Part shown: positions 18,802 to 29,203 of the stretch, one piece after another
Layout: each line of letters opens with the position of its first letter
Numbering within the stretch: the stretch's first letter is position 1
Source: a virus
Strand: one strand, 5' to 3'
Virus record (IMG/VR): IMGVR_UViG_3300045988_159421
Length of the DNA: 64,000 nt
Position numbers and translations under genes: made by a program
The notes under the pieces: model-generated
The model's input: only the letters and a program-made list of their open reading frames with translations
Told to the model about the DNA's origin: nothing
Database searches by the model: none

Positions 18802-19791
18802 CTAAAAGAAACTAAGTTGATTATATTGAACTTTTGCTTTTACCCAAGGTCCATATTCTTCAAAATTTGTACACTTTTTATAAATTCTGCTATTAACCCA
18901 TCTAGCAAAATGTTTAAGTCTTAAATCTGGTATTTGATTATAAATCATTACAAAAGGGTCTACCTTTAAGGAAGTTAACGTTCTAAATCTGTACATATCT
19001 TCCTCGAAAGTAGTGTTATATCCAACTAGCATAAAACACATATGTTTATACTTCTTCACATGCTTACTAAGTGTTTCAATACCTTCTAGGACTTTTCTTT
19101 CGTGTCCCATTAAATCCCAAGCATAGTGTAAACTTCTTAAATGTTTTACTTGTCCTAACCAGTAAGCCTTTTCATCTGTCATAAGCCTTACATCGCAGCC
19201 TTGATTTATATCGACTTTTAATTTTCGTTCTTTTATTTCTTTTAACTTGTCGATACAATACGGATCGGCAGTAAAGTTGTTATCATGCAAGATTAATACA
19301 TTACTTTTAGGATTAAGTAAATCACTTATTTCAGCTACATCATGAAACTCACCTTCTTTTTCTGGTACAAAGCAAAATCCACAATTTCTTACACAACCTC
19401 TAGATGTATATCCCATACCAGCCTCTACAATTTCTTTTGCCTTTTTTCTTTTATGTTCCTTCGTTCCAATACCTTTCATTCTGCTAGCTATTTCTTCGAT
19501 GCTATATAGCTCATAATCTGGTCTAAGTTTTTCAATTTCATCAGGCAAAGTCTTTTTTATATCCCAGCCTGTTCCACCGATTTCTATTTTATCTTCATAT
19601 TTGTTTGCTAAATCTTCACAAATTAATTTACTTCTAGTAAAGATTGCACTAGCAAATATTTTTTCATATTCTTTTCCTTCTTGCACAAACTCGACTGTTT
19701 CTCCGATTGATTTGTAATAAGTTGAAAGTTTCATAAGTGCAAGATTAGGAATTTTACTATCTACATCTATTAATCCAATCATTTTATTCAC
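18802..19791 (-). CDS. Radical SAM protein
   Basis: CVRNCGFC (CX3CX2C) cluster motif. Confidence 0.65.
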   Translation of the reverse strand: MNKMIGLIDVDSKIPNLALMKLSTYYKSIGETVEFVQEGKEYEKIFASAIFTRSKLICEDLANKYEDKIEIGGTGWDIKKTLPDEIEKLRPDYELYSIEEIASRMKGIGTKEHKRKKAKEIVEAGMGYTSRGCVRNCGFCFVPEKEGEFHDVAEISDLLNPKSNVLILHDNNFTADPYCIDKLKEIKERKLKVDINQGCDVRLMTDEKAYWLGQVKHLRSLHYAWDLMGHERKVLEGIETLSKHVKKYKHMCFMLVGYNTTFEEDMYRFRTLTSLKVDPFVMIYNQIPDLRLKHFARWVNSRIYKKCTNFEEYGPWVKAKVQYNQLSFF

Positions 19792-20121
19792 CTACAATAT
19801 TTCTAATAAAATATCCATTATATTATTTATATACTCTTCTTCGCTTATATTGTAATTATCTAGATGTTCTTTTATATCAAATTCGCAATCAAGTCTTTCA
19901 TGTATAGTTTCAGCTATATTTTGGTAGTCTAATCCTTTTATGCTTTCTTTTTCCTCTTTAGTGAAAGCTAGTATTTTACCTCTGCCTTCTCCGTTAATTA
20001 TTCTATAACCTCTCTTAGTAACTATAGCTGAATCTCCTTTAGCTACTTTTAATTTCTTATTACTAAGTTCGCTAGTTATTTCAAATGTTTTATCAAAATC
20101 GATTTTTTGCCCTAATTTCAT
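19792..20121 (-). CDS. Hypothetical protein
   Basis: 109-aa ORF abutting the radical SAM gene. Confidence 0.5.
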   Translation of the reverse strand: MKLGQKIDFDKTFEITSELSNKKLKVAKGDSAIVTKRGYRIINGEGRGKILAFTKEEKESIKGLDYQNIAETIHERLDCEFDIKEHLDNYNISEEEYINNIMDILLEIL

Positions 20122-20141
20122 ATTTTACCCCCTTAAATTTT

Positions 20142-21146
20142 TTATTTTTCCTCATAAAAAGTTATATTTTTTAATACTATGTCGAATGTTCCATTTTCGT
20201 TTTTTCTAAAGCTGTATTTCATTGGATCTTCAAAATCTGTTAACTTTCCTTTTATACTAAAACCAGTATCAGTTTTTATATTTCTGTTTTTAAGTTTCTT
20301 TTCAATCCATTTCTTGTCTATTTCAAAGTTTTCAGTTAAACCTCTATCCTCCATATGTTCATTAAAGCTTTCTTGTAATTCTTTATCTTGAATACTATTT
20401 TCAGCAAATTTTTTAACATCTAGAGTTTCTTTTTCTTTTAAAGTATAATTAAGCATACTTCTTATATCTTCGGCCATTTTCAAATCTTCTGATATTGCAT
20501 TTGTTATCCAGTTATCTGCAGTTTTCTTAAATACTTTTGTTTTATATTTATCATCTTCTATCTTTTCAGCATTTAGAAACTCTGTTAAAAATTTAGTTTC
20601 TAGTTGGTCCTTTTCTGCATCTTTGTCTAATAATCTAAAGTGATAATAATCATTCACTCCATTAGGTCCAACTATTACACATTGCTTTTGTCGGCCTGTT
20701 TCAGGTATACCTATCTCATTTGATGCGATTTGTATGTTAAATTTATCTTCTACATATTCTATTGAATGAGTATAAAGTTTTTTATAATCAAGTTTTATAA
20801 TTGCTACATTTTTTTCATCTTTAACACTGTATAAACATATTGCTAAATCACAAGAATCTATTTCATTATTTCGTTGCATTACTTCAAATAAATATGCTGC
20901 TATCTCTTTTGAGTTTTGTAAGAATGTCTTTTCATCGTAAATTATTTGTTCACAGCAATTTTTTACGATATTATCGTTGTAATCTTTGAATTTTGCTTTT
21001 CTTAGATCATCATCTTTTAAAACTCTAGTTATTATCTTTTGGAAAAACTTATCTACTTCTAAACTATTTTTACATTCATAGTCATTTAATATTGGAGCAT
21101 CACTATTTGTATCTAGTACATGTATTATTGATTTATGTATTATCAT
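20142..21146 (-). CDS. Nucleoid-associated protein (NdpA/YejK, 37-kDa family-like; tentative)
   Basis: N-terminal IIHKSIIHVLD pattern and a size of about 335 aa. Confidence 0.4.
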   Translation of the reverse strand: MIIHKSIIHVLDTNSDAPILNDYECKNSLEVDKFFQKIITRVLKDDDLRKAKFKDYNDNIVKNCCEQIIYDEKTFLQNSKEIAAYLFEVMQRNNEIDSCDLAICLYSVKDEKNVAIIKLDYKKLYTHSIEYVEDKFNIQIASNEIGIPETGRQKQCVIVGPNGVNDYYHFRLLDKDAEKDQLETKFLTEFLNAEKIEDDKYKTKVFKKTADNWITNAISEDLKMAEDIRSMLNYTLKEKETLDVKKFAENSIQDKELQESFNEHMEDRGLTENFEIDKKWIEKKLKNRNIKTDTGFSIKGKLTDFEDPMKYSFRKNENGTFDIVLKNITFYEEK

Positions 21147-21616
21147 TTTTCTTCCCCTTTCAATGCATCTTGGCCAAATAAGGCTACTGCCATTTTTTCG
21201 ATTATTTTCTTTTTAATGTAATGTACATTTGCTATTGTACAATCAAACTCCTCGGCAATATCTTTAAGAGTTTTTTCTTCAAAGTAAATATATTTAAATA
21301 TCTTTCTTTGTTTTTCACTCATGCTTTTAAACACTTCTGATATCACCTTTCTGTTTTTTTTATGTTCAAATATATCTCCCTCAACTTTTGCAATTAAATC
21401 ATCTATTCTTATAACTTCATTTTCTATAGGTCTATTAATTGCATGAGTTGGAGAAGATTTAACCATATCATTACAAACTGCCTTTATCGCCCCCCTATCT
21501 CCGTCCTTTATCTTTTTTATATGTTCTTCCTTTTGCTGTATATAGATAGTTATAAATTTCATGTTTTTTAAAATCATTTCTGTTTCTTCCATAACATCTT
21601 TATTCAAACATTCCAC
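21143..21616 (-). CDS. ArpU / sigma-70 region-4-like late transcription regulator
   Basis: C-terminal SEKQRKIFKYIYFEEKTLKDIAEEFDCTIANVHYIKKKIIEKM HTH. Confidence 0.5.
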   Translation of the reverse strand: MECLNKDVMEETEMILKNMKFITIYIQQKEEHIKKIKDGDRGAIKAVCNDMVKSSPTHAINRPIENEVIRIDDLIAKVEGDIFEHKKNRKVISEVFKSMSEKQRKIFKYIYFEEKTLKDIAEEFDCTIANVHYIKKKIIEKMAVALFGQDALKGEEK

Positions 21617-21659
21617 CTCATTATTTTAATTTTGTAGATAAAATAATTTTCTTGAATGT

Positions 21660-22064
21660 TTATATCATTTTCTTGAACTCCCAACCTCTTTCGATTAACT
21701 TTGCCATATGTTTTATTCGACCTTCTTCTAAGAGATTGATTAATCCCATTTTGTCTAAAAGTCCTAAAGATGCTTGAACCATATCAAAGAATTCTTCGAT
21801 TATATGTTCTTTTTCTTCATTTGTTCCACTTTCTGCTTCGAATTTTGCTACTGCTCCAATAAATTCAGCTTGTTCTTCTGTTACTTTCATCATTTGTTCT
21901 ATAGTAGAAATATAATTTTCAGCTAGAAGAGGCATTATGTATTTGTTGTATTCTATTTTTTTGTATTCTTCTTTATAACACTCATCACATATTCCAAAGA
22001 AGTCTCCAACAGTTTGAGGATCTTCATATTCTCTATTGCATTCTTTGCACTTCTTCATAATCAA
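21660..22064 (-). CDS. MazG-like nucleotide pyrophosphohydrolase with an N-terminal zinc ribbon (tentative)
   Basis: CKEC...CDEC, then an EExxE.....EE..D helical pattern. Confidence 0.35.
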   Translation of the reverse strand: MIMKKCKECNREYEDPQTVGDFFGICDECYKEEYKKIEYNKYIMPLLAENYISTIEQMMKVTEEQAEFIGAVAKFEAESGTNEEKEHIIEEFFDMVQASLGLLDKMGLINLLEEGRIKHMAKLIERGWEFKKMI

Positions 22065-22308
22065 CCTCCCAGTCTAAAAAGTAATTTAAACAATCTTTGC
22101 AACTTTTAAATTTTGTACAATTTTTTATATAAAAATCACTTTTACATAAGTCTATTTGTATTAAATCAGTTATAACATCACAAGAGCTTTTTAAGTTTTC
22201 AACTAAATATTTAAATACCTGGTCTTTATCACTCTCTATTCTGCCTTTACTCATAAGAGCTACGTATTGAAAAACTTTCACTTTATCACCATCCTCTAAC
22301 TCCAGCAT
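22033..22308 (-). CDS. Hypothetical protein
   Basis: 91-aa ORF. Confidence 0.4.
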   Translation of the reverse strand: MLELEDGDKVKVFQYVALMSKGRIESDKDQVFKYLVENLKSSCDVITDLIQIDLCKSDFYIKNCTKFKSCKDCLNYFLDWEVDYEEVQRMQ

Positions 22309-22675
22309 ATTGAACTTCTTTCGTCTTTAACTCTTTTAAATATGCATCTAGTTCATTTGGATTAAGTTTATAAACCTTAATTGTATTTCCATTAGTTTTT
22401 TCTAATTTTTGTACTTTTGGTACAAATGCATTTTTAATATTTTTACTTGTTCTTAAGCATCCACAACTTTTTACTTTCTTTTTTAGTAAACTAGATCTAA
22501 CTACTAATTTTTCATTTCCACACTCACATTTACATAAGTAATAATCGTATTTTATTTTTCCTCTATTTCTTTTTCCAGCATACTCTACAACTGTAAGCTT
22601 TCCTATTTTCTTTCCTACTAAATCTTGTTTGTCAACTTTTCCAAAAGGTCTTCCCATTATATTAACCCCCTTCAA
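22286..22675 (-). CDS. Hypothetical Cys-rich protein
   Basis: 129-aa ORF, CKCECG...CGC. Confidence 0.45.
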   Translation of the reverse strand: MKGVNIMGRPFGKVDKQDLVGKKIGKLTVVEYAGKRNRGKIKYDYYLCKCECGNEKLVVRSSLLKKKVKSCGCLRTSKNIKNAFVPKVQKLEKTNGNTIKVYKLNPNELDAYLKELKTKEVQYAGVRGW

Positions 22676-22682
22676 GATTTTA

Positions 22683-22832
22683 CTATTTTTTATTTTCTAT
22701 TTTCTTTATATATTTTTTTACAAAGGAAACAGGTCTGTTTATGTTGTAAGCTATTTCTAATGCACTATAACCTTTTTTATACAATCTTTTTAACTTTCTT
22801 ATTTCTAAATCAGTTGTTATTTTGCCTCCCAT
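22683..22832 (-). CDS. Small HTH protein (49 aa)
   Basis: Hand-translated MGGKITTDLEIRKLKRLYKKGYSALEIAYNINRPVSFVKKYI. Confidence 0.35.
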   Translation of the reverse strand: MGGKITTDLEIRKLKRLYKKGYSALEIAYNINRPVSFVKKYIKKIENKK

Positions 22833-22888
22833 ATTCATCACCTTTTCATAGCCCCAGGAGGTTTTACGCCTCCTAGGATATTTATTAG

Positions 22889-23056
22889 TTAATTTTCTTC
22901 TTTTAAAGGTATAATTCTTATTTCTTTTAAAATTGAATCATACTCTACTGTCAGAAGAGTTTCTCTATTTATGTGTAACAATCTTCTTAATTCTGCAGGT
23001 ATAGATACTCTTCCTAATTTATCTATCTTTCTTATATTTCCTACTCTTTCTTTCAT
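22889..23056 (-). CDS. AbrB/SpoVT-family small regulator (55 aa)
   Basis: Hand-translated IDKLGRVSIPAELRRLL motif. Confidence 0.5.
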   Translation of the reverse strand: MKERVGNIRKIDKLGRVSIPAELRRLLHINRETLLTVEYDSILKEIRIIPLKEEN

Positions 23057-23058
23057 AG

Positions 23059-23361
23059 TTACTCCTTATCTTTTAATAACTCTGCAAGTTTTTCTATAGC
23101 ACTTTTAAGAACATCTTCTATATCTATTTCTTCTGTTTCAGTATGTGATTTAATTATTGTATCTTTACTTCTTAGTTGTATTATTTTTTCTGTTGCTCTA
23201 GTTAAAATTTTTAATAACTTTGTTTCGTCTGCATTACATTCATCTGCTATTCCTTTTAAAGCTCCATAGTTTAAATATGCTAATTCAGTTAATATTTCTG
23301 CTCTATTTTCACTTACTATATCCATCTCTACTTTTCCATCATTTACTATTGCTTTTATCAT
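23059..23361 (-). CDS. Hypothetical protein
   Basis: 100-aa ORF. Confidence 0.45.
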   Translation of the reverse strand: MIKAIVNDGKVEMDIVSENRAEILTELAYLNYGALKGIADECNADETKLLKILTRATEKIIQLRSKDTIIKSHTETEEIDIEDVLKSAIEKLAELLKDKE

Positions 23362-23371
23362 CTTTTACCCC

Positions 23372-24085
23372 CTAAAATATAATTTCTGTGCTTTTTTCTG
23401 CTATTAAAACAGGTATTCCAGTAGCTTCTTCTACCTTTTCTTTCATTATTTGACTATCTCCGTGTTTGTCACTTAAATGTAATAACATCAAATTTCTTGT
23501 CTTACTTAAATCACTAGCTTTTAGAAAGTCAATTACATTTTCAAGTTCAAAATGTGATTCTTTTATACGAACGCTTAAACTTGTTTCTATGCAATATTCT
23601 TCTAAATTTTCTTTGATATAGTTACATTCAACCAAGATACTATTTACATTCTTGAAGTTGTATTCACAGTAGCAAGTATCAGTTATAAATAACAAAGTTC
23701 CTATGTCCTGATGTTTTATAAGAAATCCTAAAGGTTCTTCTGCATCATGAATAACATCAAACGGTAAAATAGTAAAATTTCCTATTTGTTGCCTTTTGTT
23801 AGCTTTTACTATTTTAGTCCTATAGTTTTTTATGTTTAACTTTTCAAAAGTCCCCTTAGCTGAATATACATCTATTTCATTTTCTGTTAAGTCTTTAATT
23901 GATTTAGAGTGATCTTTATGTTCATGAGTAACTAAACATCCAACAACTTTGTCAATTTTGTAATTAAGACCTTTTAAAATTTCTTTATATTTGATACCTG
24001 CTTCAATTATTAGAGTTTCATCAGGAGTAATAAGTAAATAGCAATTACCCCTGCTCCCACTTGCTAAAACTTTTAAAACGGACAA
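23372..24085 (-). CDS. Metallo-beta-lactamase-fold hydrolase/nuclease
   Basis: THEHKDH (HxHxDH) motif. Confidence 0.7.
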   Translation of the reverse strand: MSVLKVLASGSRGNCYLLITPDETLIIEAGIKYKEILKGLNYKIDKVVGCLVTHEHKDHSKSIKDLTENEIDVYSAKGTFEKLNIKNYRTKIVKANKRQQIGNFTILPFDVIHDAEEPLGFLIKHQDIGTLLFITDTCYCEYNFKNVNSILVECNYIKENLEEYCIETSLSVRIKESHFELENVIDFLKASDLSKTRNLMLLHLSDKHGDSQIMKEKVEEATGIPVLIAEKSTEIIF

Positions 24086-24984
24086 TCTTCTTCCTCTTGA
24101 GTTTCTTCTACAACTTCAGCATCTATTTTCGTATCTTCATCAATTATTTCTGCTTCCATTTGCTCTACTTCATCTATATCTATTGTTTTTTTATTAGCTT
24201 TTTCTGTTATTTCACTTTCAAAAGCTTCATTTTGGAATGTCACAACATCTTCATCATCTGAATAAGGGCTTCTATTAAATGCACTTGCAAATAACTCACT
24301 ATCATCTGATGTATTTATATATAATTTACAAGCTCTATTTATAACAGTTCTTTTAGCCATTTGATCTGGGAAATTTATATGTGAAGGACTTTTACCTTTT
24401 GTTGGTCCTTGCGCCCATGATGTTTTTATTTGTGGCATACTCATATATTCCGTATGTAAAACCCCTTCTTCTCCTATAACAACAGCAAATGCTCCTATTA
24501 TCTTTGAGTTATCTATATTTTTTAAATCAGGTTTATAATCTATTACATTTATATTTCCATTTTTATACTCAAACTCAACTTCATCACCTTCATAGATACA
24601 ATAAGCTTTCACATCTTTTATATATTTACTTCTTTTCGCTGCAGCTATAGTTCCCATATAGCTTTTAGTTAGTTGGAGTTTATTTCCATGTGGAATAAAG
24701 TAACATTGCTTTTTCGAAGGACTTAATCCTTGAATAATCATATCTAAAAGAGAATTTGCTATACTTACTTTTGTACAAGTTTCTAATACACATCTTTTAT
24801 TTTTATCTTTTGTTTCTTGTAAGATTAGATAAGCTGATTTTAAAGCGTTTTGTGCTGCATAATTCTCTGGTATTACTAATTCTTTACTTGCTTGTAACTC
24901 TCTTACCCTTTCTAAAACTTCGTCTGTAACAGTTTTAGGTTTTTCTGCAATATTTTGAGATTGTTTAATTATTTGATTTTTCAA
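24073..24984 (-). CDS. recT: RecT-family single-strand annealing protein
   Basis: Size, acidic C-terminal tail and position beside the MBL nuclease and SbcC-like ATPase. Pattern-level match only. Confidence 0.55.
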   Translation of the reverse strand: MKNQIIKQSQNIAEKPKTVTDEVLERVRELQASKELVIPENYAAQNALKSAYLILQETKDKNKRCVLETCTKVSIANSLLDMIIQGLSPSKKQCYFIPHGNKLQLTKSYMGTIAAAKRSKYIKDVKAYCIYEGDEVEFEYKNGNINVIDYKPDLKNIDNSKIIGAFAVVIGEEGVLHTEYMSMPQIKTSWAQGPTKGKSPSHINFPDQMAKRTVINRACKLYINTSDDSELFASAFNRSPYSDDEDVVTFQNEAFESEITEKANKKTIDIDEVEQMEAEIIDEDTKIDAEVVEETQEEEDCPF

Positions 24985-25043
24985 TACTCGTCACTCTCCT
25001 AACTTTTTAGTGTTTAATTATGTTTAATTATAGACAAATGTGT

Positions 25044-26291
25044 TTATATCACACTATCTAACCAATAAATTTTATTATATTTCCAAAGTAATCTACATTT
25101 TCTTACATTTACTTTTTTGCAATGTTTTGTAGGACTTTGAAAATTTAATGCGTTCAAATGTGGATATAATGCTGTAACATATCCTTTATGAGTTTCTCCA
25201 TTTCTGTAAGTATATTCAACCAAATCTCTATGTTTAATTCCTAATACATTATCTGTTTTTGCTTTTGATTTTCTACGCATCGGTTTAATCATCCATTCTT
25301 TTATATTGCAAGTATCTGGAAAACAATTTGTTATACAAATAGCATCGTTTGAATGAGATTTTTCTATATTCCATTCAATTCTTTTATTTGCAGTATCTCC
25401 ACCTGTTGTAAGATGTAATATTCCTAATTGTTTAATATTTTCTCTAAGATAATTTTTACCTTGCATGACATGCATTGCATAATCAAATCTTTTTGGCTTA
25501 CTTTTTATTTTGGTGAAATATCTCTCTTCAAATTCTCGTTCTTTCCCTTCTGTCTTTTGATGACAAGAAGAACAAAGAGTAATGAGATTCCCAATAGTAT
25601 TTGCTCCACCAAATCTCTTTGCTCGAATATGATGAACCTCAAGTACAGTATTTGTTTTTCCACATTCTTGACATTTACAACTATCTCTTAATATTGTCGC
25701 TTTTCTAAGATTTTCATCTAATCTATTATTCTTCTGATATTGCCAATTATAAGGTTTATATCCATCGGTCATTGCTCTTATATCTATTGCTACATCTTCA
25801 AGATAATATTCTTTAATATTTATCCATTTATTTAATTGATATAAAACTCTAAGAATAGAATCTTTCTTTTGTTTAATACTTGGCGCTAATCTATTAGTTT
25901 TTTTTGAAGATGCTCTATTATTGAATCTAGGTTTACGATATCTTTTATGATATCTACGGTATTGTCTATATCCTCTACGAACATCCATTAAGTGTTTTAC
26001 ATCTTGTCTTTGTTCAATAGTTCCTTTAAATACAACTTTATTTTTACTTGGACATTTTTGAACAATTGCTATTCCAACATGAGAACTACCATCGTCAATT
26101 CCACAAACCATATGACTTTCATCTTCGTCATCAGGTTCAACTTCTTTTTCTAACTGAATTACCATAGGATATTTACTTTTTAATTTTGCTCGACCTTTTC
26201 TAATCAAATACCAACCTTTATTTACTTTAGTTGGAGCTAAAGGTCTATTGTTTTTATCTACAACAAAACAATATTCAATTTTATTTTCCAT
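25044..26291 (-). CDS. iscB: IscB-type RNA-guided nuclease (RuvC with HNH insertion)
   Basis: N-terminal NRPLAP (PLMP-like). Ruv[14 protein letters not shown]. Arg-rich bridge [30 protein letters not shown]...HHI...N...LCSSCH. Ruv[13 protein letters not shown]. Confidence 0.75.
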   Translation of the reverse strand: MENKIEYCFVVDKNNRPLAPTKVNKGWYLIRKGRAKLKSKYPMVIQLEKEVEPDDEDESHMVCGIDDGSSHVGIAIVQKCPSKNKVVFKGTIEQRQDVKHLMDVRRGYRQYRRYHKRYRKPRFNNRASSKKTNRLAPSIKQKKDSILRVLYQLNKWINIKEYYLEDVAIDIRAMTDGYKPYNWQYQKNNRLDENLRKATILRDSCKCQECGKTNTVLEVHHIRAKRFGGANTIGNLITLCSSCHQKTEGKEREFEERYFTKIKSKPKRFDYAMHVMQGKNYLRENIKQLGILHLTTGGDTANKRIEWNIEKSHSNDAICITNCFPDTCNIKEWMIKPMRRKSKAKTDNVLGIKHRDLVEYTYRNGETHKGYVTALYPHLNALNFQSPTKHCKKVNVRKCRLLWKYNKIYWLDSVI

Positions 26292-26590
26292 CTCTGGACA
26301 CCTTCCTTTCGGAGAATTTTTCGTCTTGGGAATGTCAAGTAGAGGATATGTGTTTCCCTGTTATCAATACAGGACATTAGCATTGTTTCTTGGTTAGCAC
26401 TCACAGAGTTTCAGACTGACGATTACATCTAAAAGTGTGTGTTTACCTTACTACTCAACATAGTTCATATCTGCAATATATGTTTCCATAAAAGCAGTCA
26501 CTAACCCTTGAAACCTCTTGTTAAGCCATATACAAAAGACTAATGTGTCCACTTTTCTATATGTTTGACTATATATTTCTATGTATATAG
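26292..26590 (-). ncRNA. Omega-RNA-like structured region upstream of iscB
   Basis: 299-nt ORF-free, G+C-enriched intergenic region ending at the iscB ATG (…UCUCCGAAAGGAAGGUGUCCAGAG-AUG). This is the position expected for an IscB omega RNA. Confidence 0.55.
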
Positions 26591-26833
26591 TCACTTAACA
26601 ATTAGTCCTGTTGCTAGTAACAATATGCGTTTAACTTTTTCTTTCCTTTGTTCTTCTGTTAGATAGTTATTTTTCTTAGTCAATCTATCTTGTTTATGTC
26701 TCTTAGCTTTTTCAAAATTAACCTTTCCTCTAACTGAAGATAATGTTCGCCCTAAATATTTTGCTATTTCTTCATCTGATATTAATTTATAATTTTCTTC
26801 TAAAAACTTTTCTTCTTCTATGCTCCATTTCAT
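26591..26833 (-). CDS. Small Myb/SANT-like HTH protein (tentative)
   Basis: WSIEEEKFLEENY...IAKYLGRTLSSVRGK pattern. Confidence 0.4.
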   Translation of the reverse strand: MKWSIEEEKFLEENYKLISDEEIAKYLGRTLSSVRGKVNFEKAKRHKQDRLTKKNNYLTEEQRKEKVKRILLLATGLIVK

Positions 26834-26841
26834 TTTTACAC

Positions 26842-28791
26842 CTATTCATTTATTTTTATTTCTTTATCCTCTGTGACTACCAACTTAATCAATTGACCTT
26901 TAGTATCTGCTATTTTATTTACACATTCACTATTATCAATGAATATAGGTGCGACTAATTCGAAATACTCGGATAAAGTGTTTATTATATCTATACCAGC
27001 ATTTATTTGACCTGCAGTATTTGCATTAGAAAATGGTACTCCATTTATAGTTGCCTCACAGGTTTCTGCAATAGCTCCGTTAACTTGAGTAGAGAATAAT
27101 TTAAAGCTTACGTTCTTAAAATGCTTATTTATATTTTTTTCTAAAAGTTCTACTCTCTTAGTAATAAACTTTTCATATAGCATTATAAGACCTTCTTGTC
27201 TTGCTATTTCTACTCCGATTTGTTTTTCCTCTGCTTTTAGATCTTCTATTCTTTGATTTACTTTCTTGTTATTTTTAACTGCTCCTAATTGACTATATAA
27301 CCCTTTTAGTTGTGTATTAATTTCTCCTTTTTCAATTAAAAGTCCTGATTTATCTGGATATGTATCATCTTCTTGTAAACTTTCTAAAAGCTTGTTGTTT
27401 TCTCTTTTAAGTTTTAATATTTTTTCTTTCGTTGCATCATTAGGCGTATAAGAAATACCTCCTATTTGGCTTTCTAGCTGATTTATTTTTTCTTTCTTGA
27501 TGTTTATATTATTTTCTATCTCAGAAAGCTTTAAAGTATAATTTTCGATATCTTCTTGAATATCTTCTTGTTCTTTAACTTTTATTTTGCCTTTTTCTAT
27601 TACTTCTTCTTTTCTTCTAGCTTTATCAAGATTGAAGTTTTTCTCTAATTCTGCTTGTTTTTCTTCTATGTCTGATTCATCAAAAGGTCGTTTACAAGTA
27701 GGACACTCTGTTTTTATACTACTAAAATCAACTTTCTCAGCTTGAATTCCACTAAATTCTTCTCTTAATTTAGCAGCTTCATTTTTTAGCATTTCAAACT
27801 TTCTAGTTAATCCATCTATTTTATATTCACATTCATTTTTCTTTTGTTGTTGTGAATATAAATCTTTTTCTTCTTTTCTTCTTTCTTCTTCTAATATTCT
27901 TACTTTATTGTCATAATCTTTTCTGTCAGCTTGTCTTTCTTCTTCGATTAAGTTTTCATTTTCACTTATTTTTTTCATTACTTCATTTCTTTTAGCTAAT
28001 AATTCTTTACTACTATTAGCTATATCGCTTATTTTATTGTCTATATCTTTTAACTTACTTTCTTTAAATGCTATTTCTTTTTCAACTTCTTTTACATCTA
28101 AATCAACTACTGTTTCCATTAATTCCTCGATTTTATAAGGAATTGACTTTTTATTTTCTCTTAGTTTTTTAATGCTACCTTTTTTACTATCTATTAGCTT
28201 TGATACATCTTCTTTTTCTAGATCTTGTTTTACTAAATTTAAATCTTTATCAGTTTTTACAACATCATCTACTGATATATTCCCTCCAGCAACTTCTAAG
28301 ATGACTTTTCTTTGTTCTTTCCAACCAAGAGAATGAAAATGGAAAGGGTTAGTTAATAATTTAAATGTTTCTTCGTCTGCTATTTCATTTATTTGCTTGT
28401 TATAATCTGATTTTTTAACTGGAATATCATCAATTTCATATTTTGTTGTATTCCCATCAAATACTTTTTCGCTTTCTCCTCTTCTAGAGGTCCATTTTTC
28501 TTTATATTCTTTTGATAGTTTTACTTCTAATCCATCTACTTCTAAGATGCCTGTTACATGAGGATTTAAACCTCTTATATATTCGTTATTTTCATCTAAA
28601 GGTTTTAACTCAAATTTGCTATCTCCTTTACTGTTTTTATCGAATAATAACCATGTAAAAGCATCAAATATACTTGATTTTCCAGTTGCATTTTGGCCTG
28701 ATATTGTTGTGATATCTTTGAAATTTATGTCTAATTTTGATATGCCTTTAAAATTGCTTATTGATAGTTGTTTTAATTTTATCTCTTTCAT
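26842..28791 (-). CDS. SbcC/Rad50-like AAA ATPase with coiled coil and zinc hook
   Basis: N-terminal Walker A GQNATGKSS, long coiled coil, central CPTCKRPF. Confidence 0.65.
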   Translation of the reverse strand: MKEIKLKQLSISNFKGISKLDINFKDITTISGQNATGKSSIFDAFTWLLFDKNSKGDSKFELKPLDENNEYIRGLNPHVTGILEVDGLEVKLSKEYKEKWTSRRGESEKVFDGNTTKYEIDDIPVKKSDYNKQINEIADEETFKLLTNPFHFHSLGWKEQRKVILEVAGGNISVDDVVKTDKDLNLVKQDLEKEDVSKLIDSKKGSIKKLRENKKSIPYKIEELMETVVDLDVKEVEKEIAFKESKLKDIDNKISDIANSSKELLAKRNEVMKKISENENLIEEERQADRKDYDNKVRILEEERRKEEKDLYSQQQKKNECEYKIDGLTRKFEMLKNEAAKLREEFSGIQAEKVDFSSIKTECPTCKRPFDESDIEEKQAELEKNFNLDKARRKEEVIEKGKIKVKEQEDIQEDIENYTLKLSEIENNINIKKEKINQLESQIGGISYTPNDATKEKILKLKRENNKLLESLQEDDTYPDKSGLLIEKGEINTQLKGLYSQLGAVKNNKKVNQRIEDLKAEEKQIGVEIARQEGLIMLYEKFITKRVELLEKNINKHFKNVSFKLFSTQVNGAIAETCEATINGVPFSNANTAGQINAGIDIINTLSEYFELVAPIFIDNSECVNKIADTKGQLIKLVVTEDKEIKINE

Positions 28792-28800
28792 TTTCTCCCC

Positions 28801-28956
28801 CTATTTAAAAAACTCTAATGGTGATACATTTAAAGCTTTCGAAAGTCCTTTTAGCACTACTAGAGTAGGATTTGTTATAACCCCATTCTCTAGTTTTGCT
28901 ATATAGCTTTCTGTAACACCAACTGCGTTTGCTAATTCTGTTCGGCTTTTTTTCAT
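28801..28956 (-). CDS. Small XRE-family HTH protein (51 aa)
   Basis: Hand-translated RTELANAVGVTESYIAKLENG. Confidence 0.5.
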   Translation of the reverse strand: MKKSRTELANAVGVTESYIAKLENGVITNPTLVVLKGLSKALNVSPLEFFK

Positions 28957-29203
28957 ATTTAGCCTTTTACTCCTAACATAACCCCCCTATGTTCATTTGA
29001 TTACCCCCTTATAAGTTTCTATAAATTCTAAAATTGTAAGTGTCGGATACTTTTCTGCTATTTTTTTTAAGGTTTCTATTTTGCAAATCAATTTAATCAT
29101 CTCCTTCTGCATTAGCACACCACCATGCTCCAACCACAAAACCTATACAGAAAATTAAACTTATTTCTAAAAATTTAATTATCATTTATACTCCCCATTT
29201 AAA

